A stretch of DNA of 64,000 nucleotides from Camelus ferus (lineage: Eukaryota): positions 69,008,001 to 69,072,000 of the forward strand of contig NC_045696.1 of NCBI RefSeq assembly GCF_009834535.1, in the 5' to 3' direction. A program made the position numbers and the translations under genes. Shown piece by piece: positions 1 through 13,065 of this stretch; within the stretch, counting starts at the first letter, position 1, and the number at the start of each line of letters is the position of its first letter. The notes below the pieces were generated by a model. The model was not told where the DNA came from. It did no database searches and was given only the letters and a program-made list of their open reading frames with translations.

Positions 1-898
1 GTCCAGCCTCCCGTAAGGAGGACCCTGGGAGGGATCGGGGCCGCTCATTATCGCCCGCCTTCCCTCAGTGGTCAGGGACCATTAGGCTGGCTTTTCAGCC
101 TGTCTCTTCAAAGGGCTAAGCAAAACATATAAAGTGATAAATGGAGATTGTAGAGAATGGCCAGAAGCCTGTGGCATGTTGTTATTGTGGTTGGGAAGAA
201 GGAAGTCCCTCTTTTGAGATAGATTTGTGTGAAGCTAGACCTCTGATAATACATTTCCTTCACCCCAGGGTTTTGGCCAAGAGGGGGAGGTGGCTTTACT
301 GCTTCTTTTTTTTTCTTTTTTTTTCTTTTTTTCTAACGAGGAGGCTTTACTGCTTCTTGCATCTCAGGAGATAGAAGAGATGGTAGTTCTTACCACTTGA
401 TTACTGAGGTGAAATAGAGCATGTTAAGATTAGGATCTGGGTATTCCAGAATGATCTGGGAGATAATAGTGACTTCCTCAAATTACTGAATCAGGAACTA
501 AACCATATGGTAGTAAATCCTCACAAAGACCTGGTGCAGTGTGCACCATTAAATGTATTTGGAAAGGAGATAACAGAGGCTTAAGGAGTTTGAATAATTG
601 GCCAAAGGCCATGTGTCTCGTAACTGGCAGAGCAGGGAATTGAACCAACACGTATATGACTTCAAAGCCACTCTTTAACCACTATGCTCATCAGTTTTTC
701 CTTGGAGGCAAAGTGATGTGAGGGTGACCTGACTCATCTCCCCATTATCTTTCCACTAGGACTTGCTTATACCTTTTCATTCCTTCAAAATGCCCCATTC
801 ATCTCGCTCTGCCTGCATGAACACAATATCTCCTCTAAGGTCTCATTCAATCCTGAGCTTCTCCAGGAAACTTTGAGTCCAAAACGATCTCTTCCTGA

Positions 899-1028
899 GG
901 GGGAGGATATAGCTTAGTGGTAGAGTGGGTGCTGAGGTCCTGGGTTCAATCCCCAGTACCTCCATTTAAAGGAAGAAAGAAAGAAACCTAATTACCTGCC
1001 ACCCCCATCCCACAAAATAAAAAAAAAA
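899..1028 (+). mobile_element. tRNA-derived SINE (camelid Vic-1-like)
   Basis: A-box TAGCTTAGTGGTAGAG, B-box GGTTCAATCCC, body AAACCTAATTACC, A tail; flanked by TSD-like TCTCTTCCT. Confidence 0.85.
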
Positions 1029-1859
1029 GTCTCTTCCTTCTCTAAAGTCTTATTACACTTGGAGAATTTCCTGAACCATGTTTTTTTTCACTCATTAAAT
1101 GTATAGCTGAATACCCTTTCAAATTAAATGTATTCAGTATTTCGTAGAAACCCTCTTTGTCTTAAAAAAATAAATCCACAGATCAGAACAAATTTTCCTG
1201 TAATGGATTCAGAGAGGTGATCTGAATCAGTTCAGATAGCTTTCTCCTCACTTAGCCATTTCCCAAACTTGGATCCAAGATCACAGGGATAAAGCAGTGG
1301 GGGTCCCTCCTGGCTCCATCCATGGCAGGAAATAGACGTGCTCCTCTTAGCTGACATTTTCCTCTCTGATCCCCTCTGAGGTCTTTAATAAAATTCCAAA
1401 AGGGCCGTGCCTCTGCGGTGTGCCTCTCCACCGTGTTGATGAGGCAGCTCATTCCCTAAATAACTATTAAAACAGTAGCTAACTCCACTGTGGAGGCACT
1501 TCAACAGGCTTTGAGACTGAGCAAAGTAGAGTTTGCTGCCTTTTGCTAGGCAGGTGGCATTTAGAAAGGCCATTAAGCCCTCTGAGCCTATGAAACGTGG
1601 GTCCTTGAAGGATCAGCAATAATGCTGTTATGCCAGGCATCTAATGGGTACTCAAAAGATGGAAGCTATTATAATTATTAGACGTGAACCCAATCAAAAA
1701 ACATGAAAAACCAACACTTTTTTTTAACGTATGGCCAATTTTAAAAACACACACAAATGTTTATGGTCTTATGTAAGAGGCCTCCTCCTCTTCCTTCATT
1801 TTCTTCTTTTTCTTCTTTTAATCCCTTTAAGAAGTAAACATTGTAATTATGATTATCTA

Positions 1860-2225
1860 CTGTTACAGCTTGAATGCTTGAGTCCCCTGCCCAAATTCGT
1901 ATGTTGAAAAAAAGCCTATTAATGCCCAAAGGGATGATATTAGGAGGTCTTGGGGAGGAGGGTGATTAGGTCATGAGGGTACAGTCATCATGAATGGGAT
2001 CAGTGCACCTAAGAAACCTGCTTGAAAAGCTCCCTTGGCCTTTCTACCACACAAAGACACAGCAAAAAGATGAACATTGTTGGACCAGACAGCGGGCCCA
2101 CATCAGACACTGAATCTGCCAGTGCCTTGATCACGGACCTCAGCCTCCAGAACTATGAGAAATTTCTGTTCTCAATAAGCCATCCAATCTATGGTATTTT
2201 GTTACAGGAGCCCAAACAGACTCAG
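1860..2225. mobile_element. ERVL-MaLR (MLT1-type) solo LTR
   Basis: Typical MLT motifs: GATTAGGTCATGAGGG, CAGCCTCCAGAACTATGAGAAATTTCTGTT, AAGCCATCCAATCTATGGTATTTTGTTACAG. Confidence 0.75.
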
Positions 2226-3812
2226 ATACCTACTTTATAAAAAAGACACAGGTCTGCGAGAAAATCAGCACTGCTGTTTAGCTTCTAAAGACACCTGCTC
2301 ACATCCAGGCATGTTGAAAGAGAAGCAACATGAAGACAACTTTCTCATGTTTAGCCCTGAAATTATAAATCTCGGGCTGAATCAGAGAGCTGGAGGGCAC
2401 AGGAGGTCTTGTGCTAGTGGTTGCTCTCCATCATGTGAGAAAAACCTAAGGTATTCCTGGGAGATTTTACTACACTTGTAGGATGTCAAAGATGATCTTT
2501 TTTCCCTCACGAGACACCAGAGAAACCACCCCTGCGTGGCACAGTGATGGAGCACAAAGAAAATCTGGACTCTAGATGCTCAGATCTCTTTTTGCTACCT
2601 CCCATCCACCAGTTTAAAGGCATTACTGAGCAACCCTTGGGCACTAGCTATGTGCTTCTTGAGGGTGGAAGGCAGGAGACAGGGCCCCAGCCCTGCAGGG
2701 GCTCACAGGATGCAGAAGCAAGAGTTACCCACAGACAGCCATGAAGGAGCAGCTCAAGACCTTTATGATCCAAAACTTAGAGGGGCACCCAGGCTCTAAG
2801 TAAGCTCTATACTACAGGAGGTGTATTTGCTTTGCTCACTCTTCCATCTCTAGCCCCTACAACAGTCTGGCTGAGAAACATATATAATTCTTAATACAAT
2901 TAATGGACTCTGGAGCCACAGTAACTGGAATTGAATCACAGGTCACCCAAGGAATAGCTGAGCAAGCTTGGGCAAGTTACTTAGTGTCTCTGTGCCAGTC
3001 ACAACCTTCCCAAAGGTAAAACATCAATAGTATTGCAAAAGATGAAATCAGATAACCCAGTGTAAACTAATATTTTTAAATGTCAGCACAGAGTAAGTAC
3101 TCAATGGACGTTAGCCATAATTATTATATAAGTAATCACACTATGAGAGAAAAATTATTATTTGATGAACATTTATGTATACCTACTTGATGCCATTAAA
3201 TGATATTTAATGAATGAATGGATGGATGAATTAATGCAACTGAAATGAGAGAATAAAGGGAGTTTTGCAGGCTGATGAGCTCAGGGAAGGTTTCAGAGTA
3301 GAGGCCAGACCTGAGCTAGCATTTAAGGAAGTATAGGCTCTGACTAGGATGAAAGAGGAAGAAACAAAAATGTTTACACTTTCAAAAGATCTATTAAACA
3401 AAAACATGTTTAACGCTGATTATTATTTTTGTCTGCAAAATATTGGAAACAGCCTAAATAGCCACTAAGACAATCAAATACAATTTGATGAATTCATAAA
3501 ATGAACCACTTTGACTCCATTAAAATGATACTTTCAAACAATACTTAATGACGAATATGCTCAAATAATAATGTTACCCCCCCAAACCACACACATTATA
3601 GGCAATTTGCATATAAAAAGAAGAAAAGGAAATTACCAAAATGTTAGAAGGAAGGACTATGGATCATTTTGTTTCTTTCAATCTTTTTTAATTTTTCAAA
3701 TTGTCTACACTGGGCATGTATTATTTTAATACTTTGTTTTTAACTGTGGTAATGGAGAATATAAAATCGACCATTTTGACCATTTTCAGGTCTATAGTTT
3801 GTTTCTCTTAAT

Positions 3813-3942
3813 GTTTTTTTAATGGGAGGGAGGTAATTTTAGGATTTATTTGTTTGTTCATCTATTTATTTTAAACAGAGGTAGTGGGGATTGAACCCAG
3901 GACTTTGTGCATGCTAGGCATGCACTCTACCACTGAGCTATG
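3813..3942 (-). mobile_element. tRNA-derived SINE (Vic-1-like)
   Basis: Reverse complement of the 899 element: GGGGATTGAACCCAGGAC...CACTCTACCACTGAGCTAT. Confidence 0.8.
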
Positions 3943-4629
3943 TACAGTTCAATTAATAATTTTTTTTTTTATGTCTTCTGGTATTTTTCTCGGGTGAAGA
4001 AGGTCCCCAGGCCTGGGACCCTATCCACAGAGTCATCCTCTCAGGGTAGCCCAATCAATACCATGGATGGAAACATGGCCTCTGTTGTGCCCAAACACCC
4101 AGCCCCTCTGCCCTGGTAAACACCATCATGATTTTGGAGCATGTAGCTGCCTGCTGAGGGTTGGCACTTTCGTCCTCCAGTGTGGGGAATCTTTCTTCCC
4201 TAAAGTCAGGGTGTGAACTGGCTTGTCGTGTCTGGACAGTGAGGGGCCTCCCCCATTCCCCATCCTCTTCATTTTGTCTGTGACACTGCTCCACCAAATA
4301 CGGTTTTCAGGCATTGCTTCCAAAGCTCTCCAATCTGTGGAGTCCCTCTTGGGCTCCAGAACCCCCTTCCCTGACCGGAATTCCTTTGTGCCTCCTGGAA
4401 AGTATAAAAAGCAGGAATGTGGAGACTCTTCACCTAGTTCTGAAGGCTTTGCCTCATGCTGCAGCTTGCATAATGAATCACCGCACAAAGGAGAGAGAAC
4501 ACCTTGTGTAACAGAAGCCTGGCCAGAGGGAAGAGCTACCTGGCCACAGGCCTGTGTGTCTGCTGCATGCCCAGGTCCAAGGGGGAAATGCCAGCCTTGA
4601 GGTGGCCCTTCAGTTTTCCTGTGATTCTA

Positions 4630-6590
4630 CCATTTCTTATATACATGCTCTTGTGTATTCTGGAAATTAAGCCCTTGTTGGTCACATTGTTTGCAAATAT
4701 TTTCTCCCAGTCTGTAGGCTGTCTTTTCTTTTGTTTATGGTTTCCTTTGCTGGCAAAAGCTTATACATTTGATTAGGTCCCATTTGTTTATTTTTGCTTT
4801 TATTTCTATTACCTAAGGAGACTGACCTAAGAAAACAGTGCTGTGATTTACGTCAGAGAATGTTTTGCCTTTGATCTCCTCTAGGATTTTTATGGTGTCT
4901 TGACTTATGTTTAAGTCTTTAAGCCATTTTGAGTTTATTTTTGTGTATGGTGTAAGGGAGTGTTCTAACTTCAATGACTTACATGCAGCTGTGCAGCTTT
5001 CCTAACACCACTTGCTGAAGAGATTGTCTTTTCTCCATTGTATATTCTTGCCTCCTTTGTCAAAGATTAATTGACCATAGATGTGTGGGTTTATTTCTGG
5101 TCTATTCTGTTCCATTGAACAATATATCTGTTTTTATGCCAACACCATGCTGTTTTGATTACTGCAGCTTTATAGTATTGTTTGATGTCTGGAAGGGTTA
5201 TGCCTCCAGCTTTGTTCTTTTTCCTCAGGATTGCTTTGGCAATTCTGGGTCTTTCATGGTTCCATATGAATTTTAGAATTATTCTAGTTCTGTGAAAAAT
5301 GTCCTGGATAACTTGATAGGGATCACATTAAATCTGCAGATTGCTTTGGGTAGTATGGCCATTTAAACAATATTAATTCTTCCAATCCAAGGGCATGGGA
5401 TATCTTTCCATTTTTTAAAATCAACTCCAATTTTCTTTATAAATGTTTTATAATTCTTAGCATAAATTCTTTTACCTCTTTGGTCAGGTTCATTCCTAAG
5501 TATTTTTTAATGTGATTTTAAAAAGAGATTATTTATTTACCTTCCCTTTCTGATATTTCATTGTTAGTGTAAAGAAATACAACAGATTTCTGCATGTTAA
5601 TTGTATCCTGCTACCTACTGAATTCATTTCTCAGTCCTAGTAGTTTTCTATATATAGTATCAATCATCTGCATATACCCCTTTTGATTTGGATACCTTTT
5701 ACTTCTTTTTCTTGTCTGATTTCTATGGTTAGGACTTGCAATACTATGTTGAATAGAAGTGGTGAGAGTGGGCATCCTTGTCTTGTTCCAGATTTTAGCA
5801 GCCAGGCTCTGGGTTTTTCATATATAGCCTTTTTTTTCTTTTTTTCTTTTTTTTTTTTTTTTTTTTTAGGTTTTTTTTTTTTTTGGTGGGCGAGGTAATT
5901 AGGTTTATTTATACTTTTTGAGGGAGGTATTGGGGATTGAACCCAGGACCTCATGCATGTGAGGCACACACTCTACCACTGAGCTATACCCTCCCCCATA
6001 AATAGCCTTTATTATGTTGGGATATGTTTCCTCTATACTCACTTTGGTAAGAGGTTTTATCATGAATGGATGTTGAATTTTATCAAGTGCTTTTTCTGCA
6101 TCTATTGAAATGATCATGTGGTTTTAAGCTTTCTTTTGTTAATGTGATATCCAACACTGATTGATTTGCTTATGTTGAACCATCCTTGTGACCTTGGGAT
6201 GAATCCAACTTGATCATGGTGTATGATTTTTTTTATGTGTTGTTGGATTCAGTTTGCTAATCTTTTGCTGAGAATTTTTGCATCTATATTCATTAAAGAT
6301 ACTGGCCTGTAGCTTTCTTTTTTGGTATTATCTTTGTCTGGTTTTCATATCAGGCTGGTGGTGGCTTCACAGAATGCCTTTAGGAGTGTTCTCTCCTCTT
6401 TCATCTTTTGGAAGAGTTTGAGAAGGACTGGTATGAGCTCTTCTTTGTATGTTTGTTAGAATTCCCCAGTGAAGCCATCTGGTCCTGGACTTTTGTTTGC
6501 AGGGAGTATTCTTCACTTCATAATCTATTTCATTTCTAGTGAATGGTCTGTTCAAATTATCTATTTCTTCTTGATTCAGTTTTATAATCC
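4630..6590 (-). mobile_element. LINE-1 ORF2 fragment (decayed), interrupted by a SINE
   Basis: Minus-strand peptides [21 protein letters not shown] and [17 protein letters not shown] match L1 reverse transcriptase; frameshifts and stops. Confidence 0.92.
5830..5997 (-). mobile_element. tRNA-derived SINE (Vic-1-like) nested in L1
   Basis: Full SINE body with long poly-T; TSD ATAGCCTTT on both sides. Confidence 0.9.
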
Positions 6591-6664
6591 TTTTTGTTTT
6601 TTTGGCTTTTACAATTTAATGGTTTTTATAATTCCTTAACCTTAACATGGGAGCCAGACAGCAA

Positions 6665-6900
6665 GTAATAATAGCAAACATTTACTGAATATTTACCATA
6701 TGCTTACTGTTCTAAGCTCTATACAAATATCAATTTATTTAATCCTGTCATAACCCCATAAACTAGAGTCTATTATGAGCCCCATTTTACAGAGGAAATG
6801 AAACACAGAAGTTAACTACCCGAAGCCCCAAAGACAGCAAGTCATGAAATCAGAATTTAAACCCAGGCTGTCTGGCTTCCCAGCTCATGTACTTCACCCC
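6665..6900. mobile_element. MIR SINE remnant
   Basis: MIR core CCCATTTTACAGAGGAAATGAAACACAGAAG...GAATTTAAACCCAGGCTGTCTGGCTTCC. Confidence 0.7.
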
Positions 6901-7719
6901 ACCCTTCCTTACAGTTCATGAGCATGGGAAGTGGCCAGGGCAAGATAATAAGGGATGAGCAGAAATCCCGAAAATGAGAGTGGGGACGCCCCTATCTCCA
7001 CCAAGGCATTGAGCTTCTATTTCTTTAAATAAACTTAGTGCAGCCAAGCAGAGCCCCTTTGAGGGTCAATGCGCAGACTGCTGGGCCCAGGTTGGGCCCT
7101 GCTTTAGAGCGGTTTAAGGAAGCAGCCAGTATCCCAACATCCCTTGTGGTGAAGCAACATTCATCTGAACATCAGTAGTCCCTTAGATTACGCTAGGTTT
7201 TTAAAAATTTATTGTTGTTGCTGTTGTTGTTTTACTTATAAACAACAGATTATGGAATATAACCTGATGGCTATTTTTGTTTGTTTGTTTGTGTATTATT
7301 CTGACATATAGGTCCACTGGGAAATATCTATAAATCATGCTCACAAGTAATTTACTTTTCTGAATTGTGGGAGTTGGGTCATTTTTTGCTTTCTTCCTGG
7401 TAATTTTCTATAGAATATATAGCACTTGGGTAAAAAGAAAAAAAATTGAGAAAAAAAAATGAGGAACTTGTGTGAGTTCACATGGCTTGAAGTTGGGATG
7501 TGAACTCATGTCTCCTACACTTTAAGAACCACACAGTTAATCATTTTGTTTTCTTACCTCCTGCACCCTGGAGTAAAGGAACTCAAAGTCTTAATGTGAG
7601 TAATAGATAAATATGCTAGAAATGATGATGTATTTGAAGTGCCTGACACCGTGTCCAGCAAATAATAGTCAATAAATATTTGTGGTTATCATAATGGTAA
7701 TTATTATTATCATTCACTG

Positions 7720-8250
7720 CTACTATAGTACCTTATTAGAAATGCTATAATGAAATAAGTATATGATGGTAGAAAACGTAGAGGGCAAAATCCTGCTAAC
7801 CCAAAAATGTAGTCAAGGAATGCTTCCTGGAAGAGGTGATGGAAGGTGACTTTTAAAGAGTAAGACTTAGCCAGGTAAGAGGTGAGGAGAGCAGGGCCTT
7901 CCAGGCAAGGGAAGAGCATGATGGATTAAAATAACTGGTGGTGCTGGATTGAATGGCATGTGGAAATGTGGCTGGAGAATAGGTGGGAAAGGTAATTCAC
8001 TGTTAGATCAGTGATGACCTCCTATGCCACACTATGCTTAGGAATTCGGACTGCTTAAAGTCCACGGGAACCCCCTAAAGGGTTCGAAGCAGAGGAATGT
8101 CTCAGTAACATATGCCTTTCTAAGACCGAATTGGCTGCCATGTGGAGGACTGGTTGGAAGAGACAACTCTAGAGACTGGGTGCTGGTTATGGTAACTGCA
8201 ATAGTCCGAAGAACTGACAGGCCCTAAGGCAGAGGCAGTTGGTGGAGAGC
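7720..8250. mobile_element. L2 LINE remnant (resumes about 10260-10800 after the Charlie insertion)
   Basis: L2-like purine-rich motifs GCTTCCTGGAAGAGGTGA and TTCCAGGCAAGGGAAGAGCATG. Confidence 0.6.
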
Positions 8251-8259
8251 TGTCCAGGG

Positions 8260-10258
8260 CCGTGCTTCTCAAAGTGTGGTCCGCAGACCAGTAGGGGTCC
8301 CTGAAGCGCTTTCTGGGGAACTTTGAGATCAAAACTATTTGCACAATAACATTAAGGCAATATTTGGCTTTTTCACTGTGTTGACGTTTGCACTGATAAA
8401 ACAAAAGCGAGGATAGGTAAAACTGCTGGTGTTAGGACAATCAAAAATTCACTGAAGTCCACTAACAGTCACACATTCTTCACCACCATGCACCCACAGA
8501 GAAGAACAAGTCAATTTCTCTTTAAAATGTCCATGATGAAGCAGTAAACATTACCGATTTCATTAACTCTTGACCTTTGCGTTCACCCCTTTCTAATTAA
8601 CACTCATATGATGCAAGAGGAAGCATACATAAACCACTTCAGTTGCAGTAAGAAATAAAATTGTTGCCTCAAAGAAAATTACTTTTGCAAGTGAGTTGCA
8701 AGCCAGACTGACCACTTTTTTCATGGAACACTATTTCCACCTAAAAAAAACCCAAAAAAACAAAAACTAGTAAACTCATGTTATTCAGATTTGAATACTG
8801 GGGAGACATTTTCTTGAAATAAACAAAGTAAAACTGCCACTTCAGGGAAAACAACTTTTCCTTGTTTTTGTTTTAGTATTTGTTACTAGGTGTGCTTATT
8901 GCTGATGCTGAAATTTGAGTTTTCAGGCAAAAATTAGAACTCTGGAAAAACTTGTTTCCACCACTGTGAATGTGACAGCTTCCCAATTCTTTAAGATTTT
9001 TCTGATGCAGTTGTTGCTCTGGGTTGAACTGTTCCCCCGCCCCCCAAAAAAACATGTTAAAGTTCTATTCTTGGTACCTGTGAACATGAGCTTTTTTGGA
9101 AATAGGGCCTTTGCAGATGTGAAGTTAAGAGGAGGTCATACTGGATTAAGATGGGCTCTAAGTCTGATGACTGGTGTCCTTACGTAAAAAGAATTTGGAT
9201 AAACAGGCACAGACAAACACATGAAAGGAGGCCACATGAAGATGGAGGGAGAGATTGAAGCGATGCAAGTACAAACCGAGAAACGTCTGTTCAGCAGCCG
9301 TTGCAGTGCTTTGTTACAGCAGCCCTAGGAAACTAATACAGTGGTGCTAACATCAAATGTGATTATTGGCATTGCAGAGGGAAATGTGTCAATATCTGAA
9401 AGATGTGCATTACTCAGTGAAGCGATATTTCTGAAAGCTCGATGTATAATGTCACAAAATCATGGATGGCTGAAAGACGCATCTGAAGTGTAAAATAACC
9501 AATAGATTTTAATAAAACAGTACAAAAAGTTTACTATAAGGTTTCAGAATTCACACTGCTGTGAAGCTTTAAGAAAGTAATTCTTGTGCTCTGGTGTAGT
9601 ATCAAAGAAAACTATCTACAATTATCTGAAAAAGTTATTAAGGCACATACACACTCAGGACCCCGCAGGACAGCGGAGGTAGAGGTTAGGGTGATGTGGC
9701 CACAAGCCCAAGAAAGTCTGGATCCCCCAGCAGCTGGGAGAGGCAGAAAGGACCCTCCCCTAGCCCCTGTGACATCCTGATGTCAGAATTCAGGCCCCAG
9801 AGCTGGGAGAGAGTACATTTATGTTGTTTTAAGACCCTCAACCCCCACAAAAAAACCTCACTTTTCTATCTACTTACCAGTGTGAAGCTGGATTTTCTCC
9901 GTATACTTCAACTAAAATAATACATTGCAACAGATTGAATACAAAAGCAGATACGGGAATCCAGCTCTCTTCTGTTACGCCAGACATTAAAGAGATTTGC
10001 AAAAATCTAAAACAATGCAACTCTTCTCATTAGTTTTTTTGTTTGTTTGTTTTGGAAAATGGAATTATTTTCATAAAAATGTTTTATTCATGTTAATGTG
10101 ATGGGACTACTGTTATTTTAAATAAATATTTCAAAATTTCTCAGTTTTAATTTCTAATACACTAACTATCTCTAAATACAGCTCATAGACATAGAAACTT
10201 TGGGGGTCCTCAATGATTTTTAAGATTGTAAAAGGATTTGGAGACCCCAAAATGTCAC
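8260..10258 (+). mobile_element. Charlie1-type hAT DNA transposon, interrupted by MLT LTR pieces (about 9010-9340 and 9645-9835)
   Basis: 5' end TTCTCAAAGTGTGGTCC...GGGGTCCCTGA; 3' end TTTGGGGGTCCTCAATGATTTTTAAG; internal decayed transposase DIF...LQGKQ near 8800-8855. Confidence 0.8.
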
Positions 10259-11057
10259 TAGTTTAAGAGGTAGAAACAATAGGATTTGGCAAATGATTGG
10301 TGGGGATTGAGAGAGAAGAGTTTTCTCCCGATGGGGAGAAAAGAGCAGGCTTTTAAGGAGCGATGGTGTGTTCAGTCTTGGAAGTGCTGAGTTTAAGTTG
10401 CCTGAGGGGTGCTGTGGTGGGACAGACCATTAAGCAAAGATCTGTGGGTTGGAATACAGCTGTCTGAATATAGTGAGTTCATACAGCTGCCGTAATTGAA
10501 GGCCCAGGCAAGAACAGTGTTCCGAAAGGAAAGAATTGCCCTGAGAAGAGGGCCCAGGATGGAGTCCAAGCTGACCCCAATTTGAGACACAGCGAGAGTG
10601 CCAGCTCGAAACCAATCTGAGTCAGAAAGAGCATCCAAGGGCGAGAGAAACCTCGCAGGAAGGGATGTCAGAGAAAGAGAGCAAGACAGAATTTTCAAGA
10701 AGAAAGGGGTCAATGGCAGCAAATGTATAAAGATACCCACCGGGTCGTTACTGACCAGCTAGGAGCAGTTCTAGGAAATAGAAGTCGTGGAGCAGCAGGG
10801 ATGGGCTGCTCTTTAACGAGCTTGAGGTCAGGTGGAAGTTAGGAGAGTCATATGTGTGTGGGAGGACGGCCAGAGGAGAAGCAGAAATTCAAAATCCAGG
10901 GAAGTGACATATAAACCATAGGACAAGATCCCCCAAGAAGGCCAGAGGGTAGGATTTTCCAGTGCTCAGGAGACAGTGGGTTGTAGAAGGCCAGCCGGTA
11001 AGGGCTTTGGAACCAAACTATCTGATTCAGTCTTGCTGTTGCCATTTGCTAAGTGCA

Positions 11058-11415
11058 AGAGACTGAATGTTTGTGTCCTCCCCAAATTTATATTTCGGAA
11101 CTCTAATCCCCTCTAATCCCCGATGTGATGGTAGGGCTTTGGGGAGATAATTAGATGATGAATGAGGGTAGAGCCCTTATGATAGGATTAGCACCTTTTT
11201 AAGGAAATAGAGGTTGCTCTGCTCCCTCCCTCCATCGTGTGAAGACACAAGGAGGAGACGGCTGTCGGCAAACCAGGAAACAGGTCCTCACAGATGCCAA
11301 ATGTGCCAGAGCCCTGCCCTGGGACTTCCTAGCCCCAGAACTGTGAGAAGCATACCTGTGCTGCTGAAGCCACCCAGTCTATGGCGTTTTGTTATCACAG
11401 CAGGAGCTAACTGAG
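11058..11415. mobile_element. ERVL-MaLR (MLT1-type) solo LTR
   Basis: ACTGAATGTTTGTGTCCTCCCAAA...CCCAGAACTGTGAGAAG...AAGCCACCCAGTCTATGGCGTTTTGTTAT. Confidence 0.8.
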
Positions 11416-12639
11416 GCTCTAGAAAAGGGACTGGACAAGCTGCTCAAGTTCTCTGTGCCCTAATTTCCTCTTCTCAAAATACAGACAGCAATAGCATCTA
11501 CCTTCAAGAGTTGTTTATGAAGCCAGCATGAGTTAATACACATCCAGGATTTACTGTGCTGCCTGCCAAATGGGAAATGCTTGACCCGTGACCGTCACTG
11601 CTGAGACTGAAGAAAGGGGAAATGCTGGCATCCACAGTCCAGCAAAGTTCCTAGAAGGGCTGGAGGGACAGAGTGGAGCTGGCTCCTGCCTGTTGTCCCC
11701 AACTTTCTCTGGAGTACATACAAGGTGGTGAATGGTCCAGCTGAAATTTAAGGAGGTTGGCGTAATTCTAAATTATGATTCAGTGGGACTTAAACACAAA
11801 ATTGTTTTCTTTTTCAATTATTCTCTGCAACCACATTCTTTGAAGTCCTTTTTTCTGGTGTATTAAAAGGTAGTTTAAAACTTCAAACTCACCTGTATCA
11901 GAACTGGGATTCTGATGATGACAGATACTTCCAGTGAGGGGTGGCCAGGAGGGAGGGCGAGAAAGGAGAAGGTCACTCTCTGTAACCAGCTTTTGGGTCA
12001 TCCTTGGTGTGGTCACTGCCTCTCTGGCTGACACTGACTGGCCCACCTGTCCTCTGTGTGGCAGGTGTCTGGGGCCAGGCGGCCATGGGCTCAGGTGGGA
12101 ACTCTTCCAAGGGCCCCCAGATGGGAGACCCAGCTTGGCTCAACTAATCCATCCCACCACTGCTCTCATCCAGCAGCCAACTCCTCTGTTAGGTAACCTG
12201 GCCCATCTCACAGCCCTCCAAGGCAAGGTGCCAGCCGGGCATGTCCACTTGACCTTCACCAACTCAAGCAGGATACTCTGCTGTCTCCCTTTGACAATCC
12301 CCCATCTCTCCACCACCCTCTCTCCTCCTCAGGCTTGGTAGGGGGAGGGGGTGTTTGTGGTGGGTGCTGGGGCAGCAGGGTTGGTTCTCCCACCTCTTAA
12401 TAAGCCCTGGAAAGACAGCTGTACCTAAATCCCCAGCTCTCTTTAGAAAGGGGGATTTCCACCACCTGTTGTTCTCAGCTGTGGTCCCTGGTGCCTGAAG
12501 CAACAGGAAAAGCCTCCCTCCACCTGTTAAATACCTGGTAGGAAGTGGGAAAGGTGTTGGCTGAGCTCAGAGCTGCAAGAGATGAGCTTAGATAGGTAAA
12601 CAGGCCAGATCTCAAGTTCCTCCCCATCCCCGACCCATC

Positions 12640-13065
12640 ATCACAGGCTGGGTGTTCCAGAAGTAGACACTGACATGGAATTTGGGTATGCACTATGTCT
12701 GGGGGGATTGACACCTATGAAAGAAAGAGGGAGGATGCAGAATCCAGTTAAACTGCAATGGAGGATTGTTGAACTGTCAAAGGCAAACAGCAGAGTATCC
12801 TGCTCGCCAAGGTGGGAAGCTCTGGGTCCAGGACTGTCTGTCTCTGTCTCAGATCAGGCACAGATGTCCAGGGCTCTGTACCTCCCTTCACTTAGTCGCT
12901 GGACACAGGCTGCCCTGGAAGGGAACGGCTACCCATGAGGTTACTCTACAGCTGAGGCCGAGGCTGACAGCACTGACCACTGGAGCCTGTCCACTGAACA
13001 ATCCTGCAGCCAGACAGCCAGGCTCCCCTTGGAGGGGGATCTAGACCACGCATTTCCATGACTAC
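12640..13065. mobile_element. ERVL LTR (LTR16-like)
   Basis: Similar to the element at 58980-59365 and to recalled LTR16-type consensus; subfamily uncertain. Confidence 0.5.

Noticed and set aside
899..962. tRNA-like sequences with A/B boxes (also about 3880-3942, 5925-5997, 29395-29466, 52190-52262)
   Set aside because: Each has the same SINE body and tail, several with TSDs; they are SINE heads, not tRNA genes
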